Assembly: GCF_000737315.1 (NCBI RefSeq)
Contig: NZ_JMCB01000005.1
Location: 434,001-498,000 of the forward strand
Length of the DNA: 64,000 nucleotides
DNA from: Hyalangium minutum
GTDB lineage: Bacteria > Myxococcota > Myxococcia > Myxococcales > Myxococcaceae
Direction of reading: 5' to 3'
Part shown: positions 40,150-49,065 of the stretch, in pieces
How the letters are laid out: the number at the start of each line of letters is the position of its first letter
Numbering within the stretch: position 1 is the first letter of the stretch
The notes under the pieces: model-generated
Database searches by the model: none
Told to the model about the DNA's origin: nothing
What the model saw: only the letters and a program-made list of their open reading frames with translations
Translations under genes and position numbers: made by a program

Positions 40150-40970
40150 GTCAGGACTCCCATGAGCATGAGGAGCCTTTCGATTTACTCGGTCCTCTGG
40201 ATGAGCGTTCCGGGCCCGCGCAGCGCATCTCCCAGAAGCGCTCGGCCGAGCTCATTCAGGGAGTGCTCGCGGTCATGGAGGCTCCTGCCGCGCCGCCACC
40301 GAAGCGCGGCAGGTTCCGCCGAGGGGTTTGGGTCACGGGGGCCTGTCTGGTGCTGGCGGGTGCGGCGGCGGCCAGCTACTGGAGCCTCCGGACGTCTCCG
40401 CCCGAGGTGCTGCCCGTCCCCCGGGTTGCCGAGGTCCAGCCACCCGTGGCTCCCGCGCCTCAGGCGGTGCAGCCAGCACCAGAGCCGGCCGTGCCGCCTC
40501 CACCTCCGAGCGCTCCCACCGAGCCGGCCGTCGCTCCTGCCCAGGAGCCGGTGGTGCGCCAGCGGCCTGCAGCTCCCGCAACGGAGCCCGAGGATCTGCT
40601 GCGCCGGGCGAACGAGCGCCGGGCCGCGGGCGCATGGCGTGAGGCGGACGCGCTCTACCAGCGGGTCATCCAGTCCCATCCCGGGACGGCTTCGGCCTAC
40701 GTGGCGCGCGTGGCCTCCGCGGAGCTGCGGTTGAAGCAGTTAGGAGATGCGCAGGGGGCGCTGCGTCAGTTCCAGCAGGCGCTGCGCATGCAGCCCCACG
40801 GAACGCTGAGCGAGGAGGCCCGGCATGGCGTGGCCGAGGCCTTCCAGGCGCTCGGAGATCCGGTGCGCGAAGCGCAGGCCCTGAAGGACTTCCTCCAGGC
40901 GCACCCGGAATCGCTGCTCGCCGAGCCCGCGCGACGCCGGCTGCAGGCGCTGTCTCCGCCCGCGCCGTAG
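40146..40970 (+). CDS. Putative anti-sigma factor with TM helix and periplasmic TPR
   Basis: Single TM after RRG; Pro-rich linker; TPR-like helices; ATGA overlap with sigma gene. Confidence 0.65.
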   Translation: MSQDSHEHEEPFDLLGPLDERSGPAQRISQKRSAELIQGVLAVMEAPAAPPPKRGRFRRGVWVTGACLVLAGAAAASYWSLRTSPPEVLPVPRVAEVQPPVAPAPQAVQPAPEPAVPPPPPSAPTEPAVAPAQEPVVRQRPAAPATEPEDLLRRANERRAAGAWREADALYQRVIQSHPGTASAYVARVASAELRLKQLGDAQGALRQFQQALRMQPHGTLSEEARHGVAEAFQALGDPVREAQALKDFLQAHPESLLAEPARRRLQALSPPAP

Positions 40971-41079
40971 TTTTCTGCCGTGCCCGTTGACCCGATCATT
41001 CTGCTGCCTCCTTCCTTTCCTGAAAACACAGGACGCGCCTGCACGCAGGCGCTGGGCACGAAGGCCCAAGGAGGAAGCC

Positions 41080-42582
41080 GTGCACGAGACCTTGAAGGCT
41101 CCGCGGAAGCTCGCAGTGGACGGGAGCCACTCGCTCCCGCTCGTGCGAGGCGGGGTGTTGCTGCTGGCGGCGTGGTTCCTGCTGTGCCCTCCAGAGGCGG
41201 AGGCCCGCGGTCGCTATTACAACCACTCCAGCACCATCGAGACGTCGCATCCGGACTGGATGAGCTGGGTTCCCGGCCAGACGAACCTGGCCGCGCTCTC
41301 CCTCCCGGGCACGCACGACACGATGTCGTTCCATGGCGGCGTCCTCGTGCAGACGCAGTCGATGCCGCTGCGCACCCAGCTCGAGGCGGGCATCCGGGTC
41401 CTGGACATCCGGTGCCGCCACATCGACGACCGCTTCACCATCCATCACGGCGAGGTCTACCAGCAGGCGAACTTCGATGACGTGCTGCAGGCCACCATCC
41501 AGTTCCTGCGCGAGCATCCGACAGAGACGGTGCTGATGAAGGTGCAGCAGGAGCATGAGGCGGAGAACACCACCCGTTCGTTCGCGGAGACCTTCGCGTG
41601 GTACCGGAGCCAGTCCGCCTACAGCCCCTATCTCTGGACGGGCACTTATCTCCCCTCGCTCGATCAGGTGCGGGGCCGGATCGTCATCCTGCAGGCCTTC
41701 AGCGGTGGCTCCTACGGAGTGAGGTGGCCTTCGGACGGGTCGAGCGCCTCTTTCGACATCCAGGATGAGTGGGAGGTCACCTGGGTCTGGAACATCCCCG
41801 CGAAGTGGGAGCAAGCAAGGGCGCAGTTCATGGAGACGAACAGCGGCTCTGCTTCGGTGATGTACGTGAACTTCCTGAGCGGCTCGTCGCACACGGGCGG
41901 GGTCTATCCCTACACGGTGGCGAGCGGAGAAGGGTCCGTCTACCGAGGCACGAATGATCAGGCGCTCGAGTACCTGGTGGCGGGCAACGTGCAGCGCACG
42001 GGCGTGGTGATGATGGACTTCCCGGGGGCGGGGCTGATCGATGCCATCATCGCTCACAACTTCCGCCTGGTGCCGGTCACCGTACAGCCCCGGAGCGACT
42101 TCGATTTCATCTTCAAGAGCGTCGCCTGGTCGTTCTCGGGTGACGCCCAGGAGCGATGGAACCAGGAAAAGACGTTCCTCTCCAACGTTCTGCCTGGGCG
42201 AACCTGGCAGTGGATGGCGCTCAAGAGCCAGGCGAGCTTCGTGCAGTACAGCGAGGGCCTGTCCTCTGAGTCGAGCGAGATCGACGGCTACACCCACGCT
42301 GCCTTGACTGTCCGCTCGTTGAGCACCGCCGTGAGCCAGAGCAGCCTGCAGGCCGCCGTGATCAGCCGTCTCCCCTTACTGACGGGAGAGGCGCAGAGCC
42401 GGGCGATCGGGTTGTACGGGCACCTGGCGACGAGCTTTCCGTTCCAGTCCTGGATGGTGGTGGTCAAGAAGGCACCGGGAGGCCTGGAGAACTGGGCTTA
42501 CGCCACCTACGGCATCAACCCTGTCTACAAGGTCCAGCTCGGGGACTACCTTTACGCGGTCTGGGGCTATGACGCGCAGTAG
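41080..42582 (+). CDS. Phosphatidylinositol-specific phospholipase C with C-terminal extension
   Basis: LSLPGTHDT, QLEAGIRVLDIR, FTIHHG, RGRIVIL, GVVMMDFP; AGGAGG RBS then GTG. Confidence 0.88.
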   Translation: MHETLKAPRKLAVDGSHSLPLVRGGVLLLAAWFLLCPPEAEARGRYYNHSSTIETSHPDWMSWVPGQTNLAALSLPGTHDTMSFHGGVLVQTQSMPLRTQLEAGIRVLDIRCRHIDDRFTIHHGEVYQQANFDDVLQATIQFLREHPTETVLMKVQQEHEAENTTRSFAETFAWYRSQSAYSPYLWTGTYLPSLDQVRGRIVILQAFSGGSYGVRWPSDGSSASFDIQDEWEVTWVWNIPAKWEQARAQFMETNSGSASVMYVNFLSGSSHTGGVYPYTVASGEGSVYRGTNDQALEYLVAGNVQRTGVVMMDFPGAGLIDAIIAHNFRLVPVTVQPRSDFDFIFKSVAWSFSGDAQERWNQEKTFLSNVLPGRTWQWMALKSQASFVQYSEGLSSESSEIDGYTHAALTVRSLSTAVSQSSLQAAVISRLPLLTGEAQSRAIGLYGHLATSFPFQSWMVVVKKAPGGLENWAYATYGINPVYKVQLGDYLYAVWGYDAQ

Positions 42583-42619
42583 CGGGCCCACGTGAGCCCG
42601 CGTCCGCCGGGCCGGCTCT

Positions 42620-43541
42620 CGAGGGGGCCACCTCTCGCTCCGGACCTGGATGGTGCCGCCGAGCGACTCCACGATCGTCCGCGAAATGTACAGCCCGAGC
42701 CCGAGGCCGCCGTAGTTCCGCTCGGACACAGCGCGCTCGAAGCGCTCGAAGATCCGCGAGAGGTTCTCCGGCTCCACGCCGATGCCTTGGTCGACGACGG
42801 TGAAGCGCGCGAACTCCCCCTCGCGCTCGAGCGTCACCGAGATCGGCGCGCCGGCGCCATACTTGATCGCATTATCGACGAGGTTGGTGAACACCTGCTC
42901 GACACGCAGCTTCGCGGACCGAGCGGTCAGGGAGGGCGGCGCGTGCAGCTCCAGCGATGAGCCAGCGCGCTGCGCCTCCGGCTCGAAGCGCGTCACCACG
43001 TCCCGAGCGAGCGCCGCCAGATCCGTCGGCTCCAGCTCCATCCGGAACCTCCCGGAGGAGATCCGCGACACGTCGAGCAGGTCGTTGACCAGCGCCGCGA
43101 GCTTGTCGATCTGCCGCTTCGCGCCTTCGGCGTACGAGCGCATCTGTTGCACGAGAGGGGGGCAGCCTGTTTGTCGAGAGAGCGCGCGAGCCCCTGGAGG
43201 CGGATCGCCATCGGCGTGAGCGGCGTCTTGCGCTCGTGGCTAGCGACCGAGAGAAAGACGTCGCGGAAGCGCGCGCCGAGGGCTGCCGGGTGCTTGGCGC
43301 CCAGGATCTCCGCGTACGCGTCGTTGTAGAGAAACCCGAGCACCGGGCCCCACGCGACGAACATCGGACACTTCGACGTCAGCAGCAGACCGACGACCGA
43401 GCGGAGCGGCTGCGGCCAGCTCGAAGGTGGCCCCAGCGGGGATCTCGTCCAATCGTGCGCGCGCATCAACGCACCGACCTCGCCCCCGCCCTGGATGAAG
43501 AAGTGAGCCTTTTCGCTGGAGGTGTCTTCGTCGTTGCTCAC
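42620..43541 (-). pseudogene. Sensor histidine kinase pseudogene (internal deletion, frameshift, truncated C-terminus)
   Basis: PAS-like GGGEVGALMRAHDW joined directly to H-box SHERKTPLT; frameshift at G6 run 43157-43162; NLVDNAIKY, DQGIG, GLGLGL; ends after GGTIQVRS. Confidence 0.8.
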
Positions 43542-43730
43542 TGTCGAGTCCCGTGTCCGCTCGGAGCGTAGAGCCGAACCGAGCGGCTGCCCAACCATTC
43601 CGTTCCGCGAGCACGGCTCCAGTGTTTGGGGCAGCACGTCGCACGGCCGATCACGGCGTCCTCGCGCGAGCGCGGCTCGGTCACGCAAGCCGTAGCGCGG
43701 GGTCCGCAGCGCCCGGCGTGACAGGCCCGT

Positions 43731-45389
43731 TCAGAAATTCTTGGGATCCAGCCCCGCCTTCTTCAGCTTGCTGACCCAGCGCTTGCGGGCCGACTTACCC
43801 ATGTCTTTGAGGGGAACCGGAGGTCTCAGATCCGGCGAGGGGAGTGTGTAGCCGACCGGCAGCCGGTTCACCACGAGGGGGGCGGTGCGGAGAGGAGTGG
43901 TCGTGAGGGTGGGCGTCGTCACGATCGTCTCTACACGCGGCGGCGTGATCGTCGGCTCCGGGACGTCATCCTCGTCATCATCCGGGAGCTCGGGATCCGG
44001 CATCAGCACATTCAGCTTCTCCATGATGGAGTCGAGATCGTCTGAGACGAATCCTCCCCTTTCTTCGGCGCCTTTCTTCTCCACGCGCAGGCTGTACCAC
44101 TGGCCCGCCTTCCGGCGGATGGTGCCCGCAGCCTGGGGATATGTTGCCGAGAAGTCCCTCCAAGTGAAGCAGTCCTCGTCGAGCTTCTCCCAGAGGTCCC
44201 CCGCGAGCTGGAGATAGATGCTGAAGAATTCGCCATACGAAGTCTTGCCCGTCCGGTGGTACTCGGCCCTGGCTGCGGCCAACCGGTCGCGGTTCGTGCC
44301 AGCTGCCTCTGTCGTGGTCTCGTCGAGCACCTTGGCGATCGCGCTGGGATCGTTCGATCCCACCGAGGCCTTGATCGCCTGGCCCGTGCGGGTTGGCAGT
44401 GTGCTCAGCGCCAGCCGGTGATACGAGGAATCGCCCTGGTGCAGGCGCACCGGCCCGACCCACTTCTTCATGCGGTCCTGCTGGGGGTTGTCCGTCTCCT
44501 CCATGTAGATGGTGGGGATGCCGATCAGCGCCGGGCCTTCCAAGCCGCCGCTGCGCATGCCCAGGTTGACCATCTTGGCGTTGCGGCCGTACAGGTACGC
44601 GAAGGCCGTGAGCTGTCCGCACCGGCCCCACGCCTTGTTCCAGCCCGGGGCGTTCCAGAACTCCATCATGTTGACGCAGTGGTCCTTGAGGACCTTGTTC
44701 TTCAGGGCATTCAGATCGATGCTGTCGCCCGTCAGTGCGATGATCCACTCCGGGATGCCCGCCGCCTTCCGCACGGCGTTCTCCTCGACAATGCGCCTCG
44801 TGATCTGACGCAGCCCCTCGACGCTGGTGTCCAGTTCCAGGTGCGCGGTGGCTTTGGGCTTGCGCTTGTTGATGCGGACCCAGAGGAAGATGCGGGGCGA
44901 CTCACTGTTCAGCAGCGCCTTGAAGCGGGCACCTTCCAGGAAGACCCGGATGTTCCCCTGAAGATTGTCACGGAGGAACTTGTCCGTGATCTTCCCCCAG
45001 TTGAAATTCGCGGAGACGATCGCCGTGGCCGTACCGATGCGCTGGAGGACCACGGTGTCGGTGGTCTTCATGGAGGAGAAGAGCCTTCGGATGGACGCAG
45101 CCTTGGACGGGTCCATCTTGCCACCCTCGAGCGTGATTCCCTTGATGTACGTCTGAGGGTTGGCGATGGTGCCGACCGCCACGCGCTTGGCAAACTCCAC
45201 GTCGCCGAGCACCTCTTTGTAGAACGCCGTGAGCCGCTCTGTCTGATCGTCCATGACGTCCAGGTACGCCCTGTCCGTGCCCCGCAGGATGATGACGGAG
45301 ACCGAGGGGTCGAGGATCATCGCTGCGGCGACCCCAAACATGTCGCCGCTCATGTATCCGCCCTGAACAATGACGTGGTACGTGGCCAT
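43731..45389 (-). CDS. Hypothetical protein (552 aa), no recognised family
   Basis: Long ORF with protein-like composition, acidic/PT-rich tail and basic end. Confidence 0.7.
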   Translation of the reverse strand: MATYHVIVQGGYMSGDMFGVAAAMILDPSVSVIILRGTDRAYLDVMDDQTERLTAFYKEVLGDVEFAKRVAVGTIANPQTYIKGITLEGGKMDPSKAASIRRLFSSMKTTDTVVLQRIGTATAIVSANFNWGKITDKFLRDNLQGNIRVFLEGARFKALLNSESPRIFLWVRINKRKPKATAHLELDTSVEGLRQITRRIVEENAVRKAAGIPEWIIALTGDSIDLNALKNKVLKDHCVNMMEFWNAPGWNKAWGRCGQLTAFAYLYGRNAKMVNLGMRSGGLEGPALIGIPTIYMEETDNPQQDRMKKWVGPVRLHQGDSSYHRLALSTLPTRTGQAIKASVGSNDPSAIAKVLDETTTEAAGTNRDRLAAARAEYHRTGKTSYGEFFSIYLQLAGDLWEKLDEDCFTWRDFSATYPQAAGTIRRKAGQWYSLRVEKKGAEERGGFVSDDLDSIMEKLNVLMPDPELPDDDEDDVPEPTITPPRVETIVTTPTLTTTPLRTAPLVVNRLPVGYTLPSPDLRPPVPLKDMGKSARKRWVSKLKKAGLDPKNF

Positions 45390-45745
45390 TCCACGTCAGG
45401 TTTTCACGGAAACAGGCCCTCGTCGCGATTCTGGCCAGCGCGCGGCGCCTTGGGTCAAGCACTGCATGGCTCAGCTGCCGCTGCACCTGCCCAAGGGGCC
45501 GCCGGACGTCGCCACCTCAGCCTGAGCGCGCTCCGATCCGTCCTCAACGCACACCTGTCCCCCTTGAGCTCGCGATCTTCGCCGAGCATGGCGCCCGCCC
45601 GTCCTCAATCCCCTCCAGCACATCGCTGACCGGACGGATACAGATAGACCATGGGTGAGGGGCATGCACTCGGGGTGGAAGACTTCAGGCAAGCTCGCTA
45701 CGAACACTGCGAGGGGCTGCTGCGCCTGCCCGAACCGAGGCGGGC

Positions 45746-46651
45746 TCAGCTCTTCTCTTCCGAGCGCTGGCGAGCGAGGACGGCGTTGATCTCGGCGCCC
45801 AGCAGCAGCGCGAGCGAGGAGATCCACATCCACAGCAGCAGGACGATGATCCCTCCCAAGGCCCCATAGGTGACGCCGAAGGTGCCGAAGTGAGAGACAT
45901 AGAAGGAGAAGCCCAGCGAAGCGGCGAGCCAGACGAGCACCCCTATCACGGACCCGGGAGTCATGAACTTGAACCTCTGCCGGGAATCCGGGAGCACGGA
46001 GTAGAGGGTCGCCCAGAGGATCATCATCAGCAGCGCTGCCAGGGGCAACCTCAGCCAGCCTGCGAGCGTTGTCCAAGGTGCTCCCAGCCGGAGGGCAAGA
46101 AGGGGAGTGGCCACCGCAACGAGCCCGGCGAGCAGCGCCAGGATGGCTCCCGCCAGCATCATCCCGAGCGCGATCCCGTAGACCTTCCGACGCGGACGGC
46201 TCTCCGTCACACCGTAGGCGGTGTTGAGGGCCGTCATGAGGCTCACCACCCCGGCGGTCGCCGACCACACCGCGGTCAGTGCGCTGAACGTGAGCAGCCC
46301 CCTGCTGGGCCCGGAGGTGAGCTGCGCGAGCTGCGCATAGGGGAGTTGGCTGAATGCCGGGGGGACCTCGCGCCCCAGCGCGCCGATGAGCGCTTGCGCC
46401 TGCGCGGGTTGAATGACGAGGCCCGCCAGGGCAACGATGAAGAGCAGGAAGGGAAAGAGGGACAGGACACCGTAGAACGTGAGGGCCGCCGCCGCGTCAC
46501 TCAGCTTGTTGCGCTTCCACTCCTGTCTCAACCTCCCCAGGGTGCTCTTCCACTTCGCGGCTCTGCCAGGCCGGCCCCGGCATGGCGCGACAGGGCTTCT
46601 CACCCTGCCGGACATGTCCTTGCCAACCCGGCCGTAGGGCACGCTTTCCAT
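45746..46651 (-). CDS. YihY/virulence factor BrkB family membrane protein
   Basis: AAALTFYGVLSLFP, SLMTALN.AY, TYGALGGIIVLLLWMW, LLGAEINA. Confidence 0.88.
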   Translation of the reverse strand: MESVPYGRVGKDMSGRVRSPVAPCRGRPGRAAKWKSTLGRLRQEWKRNKLSDAAAALTFYGVLSLFPFLLFIVALAGLVIQPAQAQALIGALGREVPPAFSQLPYAQLAQLTSGPSRGLLTFSALTAVWSATAGVVSLMTALNTAYGVTESRPRRKVYGIALGMMLAGAILALLAGLVAVATPLLALRLGAPWTTLAGWLRLPLAALLMMILWATLYSVLPDSRQRFKFMTPGSVIGVLVWLAASLGFSFYVSHFGTFGVTYGALGGIIVLLLWMWISSLALLLGAEINAVLARQRSEEKS

Positions 46652-46720
46652 GGTTATCTCCCAAACGAAAGGTAGCCTCTCCCCGCCTGACGGCAGCGCT
46701 TGGTGGGCTAGGACGAGGCC

Positions 46721-47827
46721 ATGCCCGCTCCCGAGTCATCGAACCGGCTGTCCTCACAGGTCACTGTCAAGACGGTCTTCACGGTGTGCTTCACGGTCCT
46801 GGCGGTCACGGCCCTGGTCTATTTCCTCCTGAAGACCACCGTGTCGCTCGTGCTCACGCTGGGCGCGGTGATGGTGGCCATCGCGTTGAATCATGCGGTC
46901 GAGGTGCTGACCCGGCGAGGGCTGAGGCGCTCGCTGGCCATCGCCGCAGTGGTCATTGGGGTGCTTGCGGTCGGGGTGGGGTTGGGCTTTCTGCTCATCC
47001 CGCCGGCCGTCAGCCAGGGGCGTGCCCTGGTGGCCGAGGCCCCCTCGCTCTGGGAGAAGCTGCAACAGACCCGGTTCTTCCTGGCGCTCAACGCCCGGTT
47101 CGATGTGCAGGAGCAGCTTCGGCAAGGCAGCCAGACGGCGACGGGTGCGATCAGCCCGGTGCTCTCCGCCATTGGTGGCGCCCTCAGCGTGCTGGGCGGC
47201 TTGGTGACGCTCCTGTTCCTGACCATCTTCGTCCTGATCTTCGGACCCGATCTCAAGACCGCGCTGCTGGCCGAACTCAGCCCCGATAGCCGCGAGCGCT
47301 ACCAGCGGATCGTTGCCAGCATCTATCGCTCGGTGGGCGGATACCTTCAGGGGTTGCTGGGCATCTGCACGATCAACGTGGCCCTGACGACCGTCTTCCT
47401 GGCCATCATCCGGATGCCCTTCTTCCTCCCACTCGCGATCCTCAGCGGGACCTCGAGCCTGATTCCCTACGCCGGGCCGCTGGTGGTGGGCTTGATGATC
47501 ACCTTGTTGGCGCTGATCACGGGCGGGCTCTGGAAGGCGGTGGCGACGGCCATCTACTTCGTCCTCTACGGGCAGCTGGAGGGCAATATCCTCGGGCCGC
47601 TGGTCTACCGCCGTACCGCGCACGTGAACCCGCTGGTGACCCTGCTTGCCATCCTGTTCCTGGCGGAGTTCATGGGCATCGCGGGGGCGATCATTGCGGT
47701 CCCCATTGCCGCCGCGGCCCAGATCGTCGTGCGCGAACTCCTCACGCTGCGCACGGAGCGACTCGCACAGGAGACTCCTGGCGAAGGTGCGCCGCCAGGC
47801 GCCGGTAAGGTGGATGAGAAGCCCTGA
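46721..47827 (+). CDS. AI-2E family transporter
   Basis: IPYAGP, QLEGNILGP, GAIIAVP. Confidence 0.88.
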   Translation: MPAPESSNRLSSQVTVKTVFTVCFTVLAVTALVYFLLKTTVSLVLTLGAVMVAIALNHAVEVLTRRGLRRSLAIAAVVIGVLAVGVGLGFLLIPPAVSQGRALVAEAPSLWEKLQQTRFFLALNARFDVQEQLRQGSQTATGAISPVLSAIGGALSVLGGLVTLLFLTIFVLIFGPDLKTALLAELSPDSRERYQRIVASIYRSVGGYLQGLLGICTINVALTTVFLAIIRMPFFLPLAILSGTSSLIPYAGPLVVGLMITLLALITGGLWKAVATAIYFVLYGQLEGNILGPLVYRRTAHVNPLVTLLAILFLAEFMGIAGAIIAVPIAAAAQIVVRELLTLRTERLAQETPGEGAPPGAGKVDEKP

Positions 47828-47868
47828 GTCAGGAGCTTCCCCACGAGTTTCTTTCCAGCCTCAGGACC

Positions 47869-47936
47869 AGTCGCATCGAGGCGCTGAGCGATGGAACCTT
47901 CGCCATCGCGATGACCCTGCTGATCCTGCACATCCG
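47869..47936 (+). pseudogene. TMEM175-family (DUF1211) channel N-terminal remnant
   Basis: SRIEALSDGTFAIAMTLLILHI resembles RxxxFSDGVFAIAxTLL; no in-frame start; cut off just before the att repeat. Confidence 0.55.
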
Positions 47937-47955
47937 TAAAGACGTACTAAACAAG

Positions 47956-47980
47956 TGGAGGCGGCGGGAATCGAACCCGC
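47956..47980 (-). repeat. att core repeat (tmRNA 3'-end-like), left copy
   Basis: TGGAGGCGGCGGGAATCGAACCCGC; reverse complement is a T-arm plus CGCCTCCA acceptor strand. Confidence 0.85.
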
Positions 47981-48104
47981 ATCAAGGCGGAAGCAAAACC
48001 CCAAGCAGGTCGCGCTGTTACCGGCTAACGCCTTGATCTCTCATCGGTTCGTTCTGCCGTCCCATCCCGTTTCGTTCCGTCTCGTCCCGTTCTCACCCCC
48101 GCTG

Positions 48105-48127
48105 GAGGGGCACACTGGGGGCACATG
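48105..48127 (+). repeat. Putative integrase arm-binding tandem GGGCACA site (left)
   Basis: gaggggcacactgggggcacatg; 22/23 identical to 62816-62838. Confidence 0.65.
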
Positions 48128-48351
48128 CGGGTCCCTCTCCGCTCACCGAGTGCTGTCGAGAGAGCATCTGGGATACCCACCAACTGAGGCCTCCCTCTAG
48201 CCGTGGTAGCATTGGGTACATGGCTTCACTCCTCATTGAAGAGCGATGGCGCGAGCTACTCCGGGAAATCCGTCTCGGGGCCCCTCCCCACGATATGAGG
48301 CTCTACGTGAAGCCCGGGCATGGGTGCGCGGACGAGGTCGTTCGTGACTTC

Positions 48352-48455
48352 CTTTCGGACGATCTAGGCGAGCGAGGCGGCGCAATAGGCGGCGTTTCTC
48401 GGGCGCATCATTCAAATTGGGCGGCACTGTGTTTGCCCCAGGAGCGCTCTGCTCA
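48352..48455 (-). pseudogene. Remnant of XRE regulator C-terminus
   Basis: EQSAPGANTVPPNLNDAPEKRRLLRRLARLD vs EQSAPGANTVPPGLSDTPEKRRLLRLLARLD at 55574-55674. Confidence 0.7.
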
Positions 48456-48519
48456 GAGCCTGCCTCAAGAAACCAGCTACGCAAGCCCACCTTCAACGTC
48501 ACTGCTGAGTCGCCAGCAC

Positions 48520-49065
48520 TCACTCGATCGACGTTCGACAAGCCCCAAGCAGTACCAACTTGGCCTTCAGCAGATGGACTAGTTCACCGGCGCTTCCGAT
48601 GCCGAGCAGTTCCCGTCGAGTAAGGACGATAACCGAGATACCCCGATCAAGGGCGTTCGCGATTCGTTCGTGAGCGTTTCGCAGTTCATGCGCCTTGCCA
48701 CTGATACCGGATGCTGCAACCAAGAATCCAACGGGGCAACCACGGTTCCTAAGTTTTGCGACAAAGACATCTATCTCATTGCTGCCGACAGGTTGATCCC
48801 AGTTCTTGCACTCTGCGATCAGGACGTTTGGGAGGAACTCCAATCCTTCATCCAAGCGGTCATTCCACATTGTTACGTCTATCTCTTGCGAGACTTGGTG
48901 GTTTGTCGAGTTCCGCCTCATCAACTTTTGCGGAACTCCCTTCACCTTTGAGAACATAAAGACCACAATCTCTTCGAGGACGATTCCTTTGGCGTCGGCC
49001 GTTTTCGCCTTGTCGCCCTTCTTAAACAAGGCCGCAACCTTCGCGCGCAGAGCAGAGGTCGGCAT
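48520..49065 (-). CDS. Mrr-like PD-(D/E)XK restriction endonuclease domain protein
   Basis: QEIDV..IAECKNW..PVGSNEIDVFVAKL..GFLVAASGIS; TAATG coupling with upstream gene. Confidence 0.8.
   Translation of the reverse strand: MPTSALRAKVAALFKKGDKAKTADAKGIVLEEIVVFMFSKVKGVPQKLMRRNSTNHQVSQEIDVTMWNDRLDEGLEFLPNVLIAECKNWDQPVGSNEIDVFVAKLRNRGCPVGFLVAASGISGKAHELRNAHERIANALDRGISVIVLTRRELLGIGSAGELVHLLKAKLVLLGACRTSIE

Noticed and set aside
48220-48582. ORF 48220..48582 (+) as a real gene
   Set aside because: It is antisense to the XRE remnant, overlaps the nuclease gene end and has no motifs.
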